NCBI GenBank assembly: GCA_030167865.1 | Contig: JALAGF010000903.1 | Span: 1 to 46,934, forward strand | Reading direction: 5' to 3' | DNA from: Craspedostauros australis | Taxonomy: Eukaryota | DNA length: 46,934 nucleotides | Shown here: positions 1 to 10,136 of the stretch, one piece after another | Numbering within the stretch: position 1 is the first letter of the stretch | Layout: each line of letters opens with the position of its first letter | Position numbers and translations under genes: made by a program | Notes under the pieces: model-generated | The model's input: the letters and a program-made list of their open reading frames with translations, nothing else | Told to the model about the DNA's origin: nothing | Database searches by the model: none

Positions 1-620
1 TTTGGGGAAATCTAGAGTGGGAACACATACAAGGCAAGTGCTACATATGACCTGTATGACAGAAACACGGAAACGGAACAGTAGACAGTGATCCCAACAA
101 GCACGAACATGCATGTGGAAGCGTTGAGCATTCATTTTTGTTTGCTGTGAATGGAAACAACAAGTGGAGAGGAAGGAACTTCCTGTTGTCATAGTCTTCC
201 ACCGAGGAAGGNTACTCAACAGCATAGATTAGGCTAGACAGTATTGATGACGTCATTGTATGATTAATTTGATTATTTCAGTCCCTCCAAGATCCAACAC
301 GAACGCGAACATTTGGGGAGAGCTCCCCACTAGTTGTCACCACGACAGGTTCCAGGGGTGGCTTCATTTTACATGCGATATCTCCCTATTGTCACCCACC
401 ATCACGAAGCAGTTACCAAAATGTGGTGGCGGCCGTTCTCGTTGTTGTTGCGTTGTTGCATTCTCGTACTCTTGCATTCCCAAGGGGGCGTAAACTCAAC
501 CACCAACACCAACACCAACGCCCCATCCCATCGCTTGGGCACAGACTTGCTCGTATTATATATGAAATGATAATATAGTAAAATAGAACGCAATCCACGC
601 AACCCCAAGAGAAGGTCACC

Positions 621-3482
621 ATGGCGATTATGCAAACGAAGGCCCAAAAGCGCAAGGAGGAGCGAAAGAACAAGCGCAGCAAGAGGACGACCAATGTAAA
701 GCACTCTCATCCCACTACCACGAAGTCGAAATCAAAATCGCACAATCATGGAACCATCAAAGCCCAACTGACGAAACGAAAGGCTTCCCCCACGAAGCAT
801 TCATCCTCTCAATCATCCCCCAAGGCAACCCCGAAGGCCGCCAAAAGTCGCACCAGAAACTTCCGGGTGGACACAACGACATCGGCAGCGTTGGAACGAG
901 ATGACATGGAAATCTCGTACCTCGAATCCAAGATGGGGCTTTCGTCCGCAAAGTCCAAGAAGAAGTTGAACAAGGAGTACGCGAAGCTGGAAGGGTTCGG
1001 CGATGACTTTGGCGATTTCTTGGAAGGTCTGGATGGGATGATCGGACGATTGTCGTCGGATGCTGATGCTCAAGATCCTCCTTCCTCAGTCGAGGGCGAT
1101 GATGACGACGCCAACTACGACGACGGAAATCGCGATCCAATGCAGGCTGATGATGACGACGACGACGATTTCCATGATGGCCGAGAATTACAGGATGCCC
1201 ATCGACCTGGGCGGATTGACCAGGATCCATCGTTGCAAGCAATGCTGCAGCAGGATGATCAAGAGATCGCCTATTTAGAAAGGCAGATGGGATTGAAGAA
1301 CAAGGCAAAGAAGCGCAAGCTCAACAAGGAGTTTGCGATACAGGACGGTTTTGGTGACGATTTCGGGGATTTCCTGGATAACATCGACAGCATGACAGCA
1401 TCTGTCCTGAAGGGGACCAAGACTTCGGGCAAATCGACGCTTATCGAAGGCACCACTGATAAATCATCTGTCGACGAAGATGGGAGTGATACTGATCCAC
1501 GCTGCAACGGCAGTGACGACGACGACATCGATGATGACAACGGTGGTGACGACAGTGATGACGGTACCCGGAACGGAGCTAGTGACGAAGGAAATAGCAG
1601 CGACAGCGATGATGATGTCGCTCCTGATCTTTCCCAAGTACCAGACCACGATGTCCAATTCACGTACAAACCGAGTGAAGGGCAGGACATCTATGGACGT
1701 AACACCGCCACAGAGGGAGGGGATCAAAGCGCGACTGCTTACGTGCCTCCTCATCTGCGGAAAACAAACATCTTGGCTGACGAAGATACCCAGGAACAGA
1801 CGAAATCCATAAAACTGATCGTCACTCGATCGTTGAATCGTCTTTCGGAGGATACGCTGGTGTCCGTAGCTCAATCAATCGCCGGTTTGTACCAGTCCCA
1901 CCCAACGAGACTCGTGGATGACGTGCTGTGGACAAGTACGAAGACGTTGTGTATCGACCGCCCGATGTTGATGGAAGGATTGATACCACTATTTGCCGCA
2001 TGCCTGGCCGGAATCCACATCCAAACCAGCGACACCGTGCAGCTGGTAGCCGATATCTTAGAAAAGAGCGTTGAGGCAACTTGGGCTGCTTTGAAGACAG
2101 CAAGGCTGTCAATTCAAACGAACAGAGGGGATAGCGAGAACGAGAGTACAGAAGATTCAGCGCAGCCCCTTGCGCCTGCAGAGGACAAGACGCTCGAGAA
2201 TTACCTGCTCGTCATCTGCTATCTCTACAACTACGGTATCCTGCATTCGTCGTTGATGTACGACGTCGTGAGGCACTTCCTCACGCACTTTACATCGATC
2301 GATATTGAATGCCTGCTTCTTATCCTTAATCACAGCGGCTCCGCCCTCAGAGCGGACGATCCCGTCTCATTGAAGGAGATTGTGCTGAGCGTCCAGGCAA
2401 AGGTGAAGGAAACGCACGGGACGAAGTACACGCCTCGGGTCGAGTTCATGATCACGACGATCATGGACCTCAAAAACAACAAGCGGAAGTCGAAGGCGAC
2501 TGTCCGAAGCAACAACGCCGACAAATTCCGAAGGATTGTGAGCAGAATAAAGGCTCGGCCCAGCTCGTCTTCGGCGAAGTCAGAGAAGTGCCTTCGAATT
2601 CCCTTGCAAGACTTGCTGCAGGCAAGCACCAGAGGGCGTTGGTGGAAGGTGGGAGCATCATGGATGGGGAAGGCTGACCAGCTAGAAAGAGAAGGATCAG
2701 GTGCACCAGCGCGCAACAGCAACCGCCGATTCTCTGGCGGACTGCTGGCAAGCGACACAGATCCATCGTCTTCGCGTTCCACAGAGATCTCGGCAATGGA
2801 AGCCAAGCTCCTGAAGAAGGCCGCCAAGTACCGAATGAACTCCGAAACGAAGCGAAGGATCTTCTGCATCCTCATGTCCGCCACTGACTGCGATGAAGCG
2901 TTCGAAAACCTATCCAGAAACGAGCTGCTTCAAAACCGCAACGAACGAGAGTTGGTGCGTGTCATCATGGAGTGCTGCCAGCATGAGAAGGCCTACAACA
3001 GCTACTATGGCCACTTGGCTTCCAGAATCTGCGAGAGTCAGCCGCAGAGCAAGTTTTCCTTCCGCCTCGCGTTTTGGGATGCCTTCAAGAACTTCGAAGA
3101 AATCAAGATCCGAGCGGCGGCCAATTTGGCCAAGCTCCTGTTTCATCTCGCCGTCAAGGAAGACTGCCTGAGGGTGAGGAGCGTCATCAAGACGCTGGAC
3201 TTGGTTGACAGCAAGCCTGATCAGTCGACAGAGGTCTTCTTGACTGTGCTGTTCTCAATGATCTTTGATCACTTTGATGACCCCACCAACGTCAAGGACC
3301 TCTTCCGAAGCGCTTCATCGAAGTTGGATGATGTGACAGCCAAGCCAAGTGCCGACGATGGGCTCAACGTGAGCATTCTGATGTTTCTGGTGGAGCGGTT
3401 CAAGAAAAGCCCCAAGAACGTCAAAGGGTCACCATTCCGGTCAAACCTCAAGGCCGCCGTGAAGGTGCTTGGTGCGAAGTAG
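621..3482 (+). CDS. NOM1: Nucleolar MIF4G/MA3 domain protein (NOM1/Sgd1-like), ribosome biogenesis
   Basis: 953-aa ATG ORF. Basic N-terminus, acidic linker, 'YVPPHLR', MIF4G-like start 'SLNRLSE', 'DLKNNK', 'RGRWWKVGASW', MA3-like 'MNSETKRRIFCILMSATDCDEAFENL...ECCQHEKAYNSYY'. Confidence 0.9.
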   Translation: MAIMQTKAQKRKEERKNKRSKRTTNVKHSHPTTTKSKSKSHNHGTIKAQLTKRKASPTKHSSSQSSPKATPKAAKSRTRNFRVDTTTSAALERDDMEISYLESKMGLSSAKSKKKLNKEYAKLEGFGDDFGDFLEGLDGMIGRLSSDADAQDPPSSVEGDDDDANYDDGNRDPMQADDDDDDDFHDGRELQDAHRPGRIDQDPSLQAMLQQDDQEIAYLERQMGLKNKAKKRKLNKEFAIQDGFGDDFGDFLDNIDSMTASVLKGTKTSGKSTLIEGTTDKSSVDEDGSDTDPRCNGSDDDDIDDDNGGDDSDDGTRNGASDEGNSSDSDDDVAPDLSQVPDHDVQFTYKPSEGQDIYGRNTATEGGDQSATAYVPPHLRKTNILADEDTQEQTKSIKLIVTRSLNRLSEDTLVSVAQSIAGLYQSHPTRLVDDVLWTSTKTLCIDRPMLMEGLIPLFAACLAGIHIQTSDTVQLVADILEKSVEATWAALKTARLSIQTNRGDSENESTEDSAQPLAPAEDKTLENYLLVICYLYNYGILHSSLMYDVVRHFLTHFTSIDIECLLLILNHSGSALRADDPVSLKEIVLSVQAKVKETHGTKYTPRVEFMITTIMDLKNNKRKSKATVRSNNADKFRRIVSRIKARPSSSSAKSEKCLRIPLQDLLQASTRGRWWKVGASWMGKADQLEREGSGAPARNSNRRFSGGLLASDTDPSSSRSTEISAMEAKLLKKAAKYRMNSETKRRIFCILMSATDCDEAFENLSRNELLQNRNERELVRVIMECCQHEKAYNSYYGHLASRICESQPQSKFSFRLAFWDAFKNFEEIKIRAAANLAKLLFHLAVKEDCLRVRSVIKTLDLVDSKPDQSTEVFLTVLFSMIFDHFDDPTNVKDLFRSASSKLDDVTAKPSADDGLNVSILMFLVERFKKSPKNVKGSPFRSNLKAAVKVLGAK

Positions 3483-3762
3483 CGTGGCATGGCAAATTGG
3501 GACCATACTTGGACGATTGCCAAAGGAGCGGAGTGGCGCATCTTGCTCGTACGGAGGAAGACATCATACTTGTGTGGTATGGCACCGGTAATCAAAGTTT
3601 ACTCGAGTTGCAATCGTACCGGAGGTGCACTCGCGCCACACATCGCACGTTCTCGTAGATCGTACTTGTAGCGCTCGAAATGCGATGTACCCAAATGACA
3701 CAGCGCCGACCCTATTGATGTTATTTATGCTTCCTGGTACTCTCTAGAAAGTTGCGGCATCC

Positions 3763-4746
3763 TCAGCTCTGTTTCTCCTCGACATTTTTTCGCTTGGGCA
3801 GCACCGCAAGCAGCGCCGCCTTCCAATCCTGCAGTTCCTTGAATTTGAGCAGGATGTCGAATACGTGATTTGTTGTGAGGACCTTCGTCGTGACCAGATG
3901 CAAGAAGTCTGCAATGGGAAGCTTGGCAGTGGCGATGCCAAGTCCTTCCGCCCGGTCAATAGCCACCCGCTTCAGTCGGTTCCGATCAACGATCCCGCCG
4001 ATGCAATATATCTTATCATCGTCTATGGATTCCAGTACATGTTCCGAGTCGCTGGTGAGGTAGACTATCTTGGAGGGATCGGAATATGCCTTCTCCAAGG
4101 ATTCGGATGTGTTGAGGAAGGCTCTGTCAGACCAATTGGGAAATCCTTCGACGTTGTCCAGAAACTTCCGCGTTTCACCTCCGAGGCTGGTGACGGTGAC
4201 CGTAGCGGGATGGCGCGACTTCTTGTTGGCCGCGTAGCAGAAATGTATTTGCAAGCCCAGGCTATTGATCTCTTTCGGCGTCATGAGATGATCGAAGGAG
4301 CAATCGATGCAGATCTGGTACCCAGACGCCTCCCTGCGAAATCTTTCCAGCCATTTCTGATTCCGCTTGGCGCGTCCTGACCCATCCAGTCTGTTCTTCT
4401 CGACCTGCCGTCGTTCCGCGTCGAGGTCGCGACCTTCGGCCTTGGCCTTCTCTGCCTTGACCTGTTTGTCCCGCAGCTTCTTCTCTCGCTTCTTTTGCTC
4501 CATCTTCTCCCACTTTCGTTTCTTCCGCAGCTGGTTCTTTGATAGCTTGCTCTCATCTTCCCCTTCCCATGATTTTGTGCTGCCTTGCGCGGATCGAGAG
4601 TTCTGTGTCGTCTGCGGCAATGCCGAATCTGGTGGCGCAGCCAGTTTTGCCGTTGCAATCGAGGAAGCGAGCAGCATATCACTGCTCGTGGAACCATGGC
4701 GTGTGTCATCATCGGTTGGTTGCGCTGGAACTGAAGATCCCGACAT
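3763..4746 (-). CDS. TRM10: tRNA (guanine(9)-N1)-methyltransferase Trm10 (SPOUT family)
   Basis: Motifs 'LSKNQLRK', 'ICIDCSFDHLM', 'IVYLTSDS', 'YCIGGIVDRNR', 'TAKLPI', 'VLTTNHVFDIL', 'VLPKRK'. First ATG at 4746 gives 327 aa; the frame stays open upstream to a GTG at 5127. Confidence 0.92.
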   Translation of the reverse strand: MSGSSVPAQPTDDDTRHGSTSSDMLLASSIATAKLAAPPDSALPQTTQNSRSAQGSTKSWEGEDESKLSKNQLRKKRKWEKMEQKKREKKLRDKQVKAEKAKAEGRDLDAERRQVEKNRLDGSGRAKRNQKWLERFRREASGYQICIDCSFDHLMTPKEINSLGLQIHFCYAANKKSRHPATVTVTSLGGETRKFLDNVEGFPNWSDRAFLNTSESLEKAYSDPSKIVYLTSDSEHVLESIDDDKIYCIGGIVDRNRLKRVAIDRAEGLGIATAKLPIADFLHLVTTKVLTTNHVFDILLKFKELQDWKAALLAVLPKRKNVEEKQS

Positions 4747-5358
4747 GGCGATGTCTGAGCTACAGATGTAGTTGGGGAACACCTGTGGAAGCCCCGTGTG
4801 TGTTTCGACGCAGCCAATTGTGCTAAAGGCGCGGATCGACAGGCGGGAGACGAAGCGCGCAGAAGAACGGCTTCCTCCAAAGGCTCCGTCGAAAGGAGAC
4901 CCCGACAGATATCTTCTCGCCAAGTTTGCAAATGCGGCCTTTCCTGCGACTCGCCGGGAAAGGCTCACGCACGTACGTATGGTGCGAGCTCCGAGTACTT
5001 CGATTTTCCGCCACCCACTCGTGCAAACTGAAGCTCGACGTGGAGTGCTGGCCGTCGGCAGAAGCAGGCACTCTGTAAAACCTATCAGTGCGCACCCGGA
5101 GAGCAGCAGAGCAATGTAGCTTGGCACGAGTACGACCTACTCAATGAATGGGTCCGTCACGGGGGATGGTTGGTCCCGTCTTCGTCTTTGTCTTCCACAG
5201 ATCTATTGTATAATATCGACGTCGCACGTCGCACGTCATGATCGTTGTGGATGTTGTGGATGTTGTGCTCGTGAGATGCCCTCTCTTGATTCATCTCTGT
5301 GCGCGCATTTGCGTGAGCCGGAAATGTTTGTTGTGCTCTCTCCTCCTCTCTGGTTGGT

Positions 5359-5398
5359 GGTCTGATTTGGTTTGATTTGGTCTGATTTGATTTGATTT
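5359..5398. repeat. Degenerate pentanucleotide (GATTT/GGTTT/GGTCT) microsatellite
   Basis: ggtct gattt ggttt gattt ggtct gattt gattt gattt; a similar shorter tract lies at ~36256-36273. Confidence 0.7.
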
Positions 5399-6166
5399 CG
5401 TGGTTTCCGTCCGCACCCGTGTCTTCGTATCTTTCGTGCCGACAGTGATACCATACATCATACCGAAACAATACTAATGTCGTAGTATGCACGCACGTTT
5501 CGACACAGGCAAGAATCTGACCTGAGGACAAACCCATGTGTGTGAATCCTACTCGAACACGGTGGCTGGACAGACCAGAACGAAGATACTAAAAGAAACC
5601 CCTCCAACGTATCGTTGAAATGTCGCAGTATCCAATGAGAAGAGTTGATGGAACAAGCGTTACCCATGACGCAGTCGTGGTACGAGCCCGAAACAGATAT
5701 CTCCTTTTTAGTCTCGACACGTGACAGAGGTACATCAGAAAAGGTATCCAGATCGTGTTCCTCCCACAACCATCAACCAAAATGCATCGGCCATCACAGA
5801 TCACCCATCATCAACCATCACACAAAGCGGAGAAGCGAGAGCGAGAGGCCAACACCCAGGATCTGCCAGCGTCACCACCACCTGCGTGATGCTGGGTTGA
5901 TGGGAAATTCGCGGCGTCGGCGATCGGCTGCTTCGCACAAAATGTGACCGTGTGTGCTGCCATCATCAACGTTGGCAAGTCAGTGCAAGACCAGAGAGCG
6001 AGACTTCCAGCAAGTCGGAGAGGAAGGAGAAGAGAAAGCGTGCACCACTCACCAACAAGCGAGCATATCTGACACTGCGTCTTATCCCAGCGCTCTGAAA
6101 GGTTTTCTTGTGGAATTCCATTGAATGGAACGGCCCAAAACATCCAAGGTGGTAGCAACGACCAGG

Positions 6167-9100
6167 ATGGTGAAGATGCAAGTGAAGACCATGACCGCAC
6201 TTGCGGTCTACCTTGGATTGTCATGGTTGGCATCGGAAGGCGGAAGCGGCGCGGTAGCCTTCGCACCAAGGCTCCAAATGCAGTCCGCAAGCGTCGCTAA
6301 GCTCCAGGCTACGAACGGGATCCGTGCCGTGCGCGCAAGGCAGCAACGACTGCCCGCCGCAACATCGTCATTGTTATTCATGTCTGCCTACGAGAACGAT
6401 GCGGATGATGATGCCGACATCGACGATTGGAACGCATTGGTTGTGGCATTTAAGATTTACAAGGCATCATACGGCAACCTCAAAGTGCCCCTGCGATTCG
6501 TCATACCCAAAAGTCCTCCATGGCCAGGTAAGACCAGACCGTTGTCAAGCAGTGCGATGGATTCATTGCACAGACATGTTGTTTCTGTGAACGGTGACTT
6601 TGCTGGGAAGTTCCGTCTCTTCTTTCGCTGGCTCGTTTCGCTGGCTCGAGGTGCTCGGATTGAAGCATGAATCAAACCAACGATACCACTCCGATGAAAC
6701 CTTTGCTCTTCACGATCCATGACCTATGATTTGTTCCTCGTGCACTCCCTCTCACGCTTCATTTCCCTTCATCGATTTGACCCGCGTCAATACGGCGGGC
6801 CCATACCTGCTTATGCCTCGCTGGGATCATACCTCAACATTGATTTCTGAACCATGTTACGGATTGTGCATTCAACTTGTGGTATCGCTGCGACGCATTC
6901 TCGTGCGACGAATGCATCGCGGCTGAAATTGGTAGAAAGCGCCTGGGAGATGAAGCTCGGGCTAAGGGTGAGCCAGATCCGATCCACTGGCAAGTACGTC
7001 AACAATAACTCTGAGCGCCGCAAGACCCTTGACGACCTCGGCTTTGTGTGGAGAGCCCGTGTAGCGTCACCAACGAACGACCCAACCATTGACAAAGGCG
7101 TCACATCCGATCAGCTCTTCGATGCTGTCAAGATGTACCGGATGCAAACCAAGCCAGAGGGTTCTTTCATGGTCCCAGCTGATTTCACCGTCCCCAACGA
7201 GGAACCATGGCCCGTCAACACAAGAGGCCTCCCCCTGGGTAGCATACTATTGACAATGAAAACGGCCGCATTCCGGAAACAGCACCCCGAGGCTACAGAA
7301 CAGTTTGCGGTGCTAGGATTGCAAGCCAACAAGAAGGAGGTTACCAACGATGCCCGATTCCAAAAGGTCTTCTCCGCACTAAAGACCTACAGAGAGATCT
7401 ACGGCGACCTCCTCATCCCACAGCCGTTCGTGGTCCCCTCTGATTCTCCTCAATGGGCCGAGGAGACGTGGGGACTTCGCCTGGGCGCCAGAGTCAACGC
7501 AATTCGGAGTCAGGGGACCTTCGTCAAGAACAACCCCGAGCGCCGTCAGATGCTGGACGATCTTGGCTTCATATGGAGTCCACCGCAAGCTCGGAGAGGC
7601 CGCAAAGCAGCCGGCACTGATGCCGACGTCGATGTCGACGTCGACGAAGATCCAGCAGCTGTAGTCGCCGACACAATTCCAGCTGCACCGATGGAGGAAG
7701 CGGCGCAGGTCGACACGGAGGAAAGGTCGCCCGAGGCCGGCGCCAGCACGATGGATGCCATCAACGCTCTTGACGACATCTTCGGCGCGGACTTTGGTCT
7801 GGATTCGGATCTAGACCCGCAGTCTGCCCAACCTACCGCGCCGACGTGGGGGATTGACGGCAGCGTGAATATGGATGAATTTGGGATGAGCGAGGAGGCG
7901 GAATCACCAGCCGAAGAGTACAAACCACGACCAATGCTCAACGAAACCTTGGCTGCTGCCATGAAGCGCGCAGAGGAATGCGGCATTATTGAGAAGGTGC
8001 AGGACGGGTAAGTTCTCTTTGATTGCGATGCATAGTTGCGGGGTGAATGCTGTCGAAGGACAGAGGTCTCTGTCAAACCTCAGCGAAAGCAAAATTGCCA
8101 GTTTGTCCCTCACGCCCTCGAGCGGGCGGACGAACAAACGATGTGTGCGGACTATACACGCATACCCGCACACATACACGTACGCACATACAAGTGTACC
8201 CATTCATGATCGTTTGTTCTCACATCCCACCACCAATTTGATGCCTGTGATCACGCGCACAATGAATACCGTCTCTTTCTATGCCACGCTCCGATGTCAT
8301 ACTGTTATACATCTTTCTCCTTCTGCATCAACAGCGAACATGCACGTATCGTGAAGGGAAAGCGACATAAGGAAATTCCATGGTTCAACGACGACTTTGG
8401 CGGTGAGTGGGTGTTTGAAGACGTTGTCGAAGCCCTCACGTTGTACAAATCATTCTACGGAGACTTCGCCAACCTCACCACAGCAGACTATGCCATCCCT
8501 CTTCAGGATTATGATGCCGAGATGGACGAATTCGGCATCCCAGATTTCGATATGGAGATCGAAATGGATGCATCCAAACGTGCCGCCGCTGCCATATCCC
8601 GGCTGGAGGAGGCCGAATCGGCCATGACGGAGGATATCATCGAGGCCGATATCCTTCAGCTGCAATCAGAACTTTCCGATACAGACGATGGCACAAAGGC
8701 AGTCGACGCGAACTGGCCAGATTACCTCGGTGGCATGCCGCTGGGAAATATCGTTTGGCGAATCCGAGATGGAAGCCTGGAGGTGAAGCACCTGGAGGAA
8801 CGCAAAGCACAGCTCGATGCCATTGGCTTTGATTGGGGCGATCCCAAGTACTTCATCGACATCCCATTCGAAAAGGCCATGTGCGCAATGTACGCATACT
8901 ACTTGGTCCGCGGAGACATGTTCGTCGCGGCGGACTTTGTCATGCCCGATGAAGATCCTTGGCCAACTGCGTTGGCTGGGTACGAACTGGGCAAAGCTGT
9001 AGAACGCGTGCGCCAACTTCAGAACTTCTTGGAGGCGTACCATGTCGACAAGGTCGGTCTGCTGCGAATGATCGACTTCGTTTGGTTCCCGAATCTCGCC

Positions 9101-9817
9101 ATGCCGATCGATCCAAACGAACCCGAGATGACATCAGAGACCCTCCTTTTGTGCGCCATGGGACACCCGGACTACTCCAAGATGAGCGACGTCCCGATGG
9201 GCCTGACAGACAAGATCATCGCGGACGGGCCGTTCTTCGAGACAGATGATCCGAAGCTCTGGTGGCGCAAGTGGCACAATTGGGACTATGTCAAGGATTA
9301 CTGGTACGAGCTGGGGCGTCGAGACAATGCGTTCGTGCTGAGACGCAACGGGTACCCGCAAATGGCCGCGGAGCATGAGGAAAAGTATGGCCCAGGTCTC
9401 TTCCAGCAGATAGATGAGACCTTGAAGGAGCTGGAAGATTCACAAGTTGCTCTCAATTCGGACACGGGCAAGGACGAGATGTTGCAGAAACTGAAGTACT
9501 TCCGCACAGAGATGACCGGTTGTACCGATCTGCATCCGAAGACCATCGAGAAGATGCTGGAGGATATTGACACGCGCATTCTGGAGTTGGTGACTGGGAA
9601 CAAAGGCGGTTCCGTCCAAGAAAACCTCGAGGCCGCCATGGTGGCAGAGTACGAAGAAGAGAGCGTCGCAGATGATACCGATGCTCTGTTGGCAACAGAC
9701 GCGAACGGAGCAAACGGCGAAGGCCAAGAAGTTGAGTACGAATACTACGGTGAGGAGTACGAGGGCACGGAGGAGGAAGATGAATCCGATGTTGATTCCA
9801 GTCTCGGTCTGCAGTAG
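6167..9817 (+). CDS. Predicted plastid-targeted protein with five helicase-associated (HA-like) repeats; 3 exons (6167-6527, 6936-8007, 8335-9817), ~971 aa
   Basis: ORFs 6125, 6854 and 8294 join in frame via introns 6528-6935 (GTAAGA...TAG) and 8008-8334 (GTAAGT...CAG), giving PPWP-E-SAWEMKLG and VQD-G-EHAR. Hydrophobic N-terminus followed by AVA-FAP. Repeats of the form 'AL..Y...YG.L.VP..F.VP...WP....G..LG..V..IR........ERR..LD.LGF.W'. The start could be 6167, 6176 or 6191. Confidence 0.8.
6528..6935 (+). other. Spliceosomal intron (408 nt) of HA-repeat gene
   Basis: CAG|GTAAGA donor and TAG| acceptor; phase-1 join restores a complete HA repeat. Confidence 0.85.
8008..8334 (+). other. Spliceosomal intron (327 nt) of HA-repeat gene
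   Basis: GG|GTAAGT donor, pyrimidine tract and CAACAG| acceptor; phase-2 join is in frame. Confidence 0.85.
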
Positions 9818-10136
9818 AAGCACACAAACAACCACGCACACCCAACGATGCACAACAGAAATGACACCAGGACGGCGGCGACATCGGATACGATCGCTCC
9901 GAAGATCGTTCAACGCCAAGCGCTAGCTAGCAGTGTAGAGTTATCATAGTATTATTTGGTACTGCCTCTTATTCTCTACACCTACATGATTGGATAAGCA
10001 CATTTCTCACAAGTGGGTGGTAGTGTGCTTGTCTTGTGTTTGTTGACGATTGGTGGTCGATTGTTTGTATCAGTGTCACCGTCGCTGCTGTTATTCTGCT
10101 GCCCTGTTGCGTTTCAAACCGTCGCTGTTCGTGTTC

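Noticed and set aside
1-620. Possible retroelement end (hairpin TGGGGAG/CTCCCCA near 313-329, purine run near 482-490)
   Set aside because: No LTR pair, PBS or RT/integrase-like coding sequence is visible; the region also contains an ambiguous base (n at 213).
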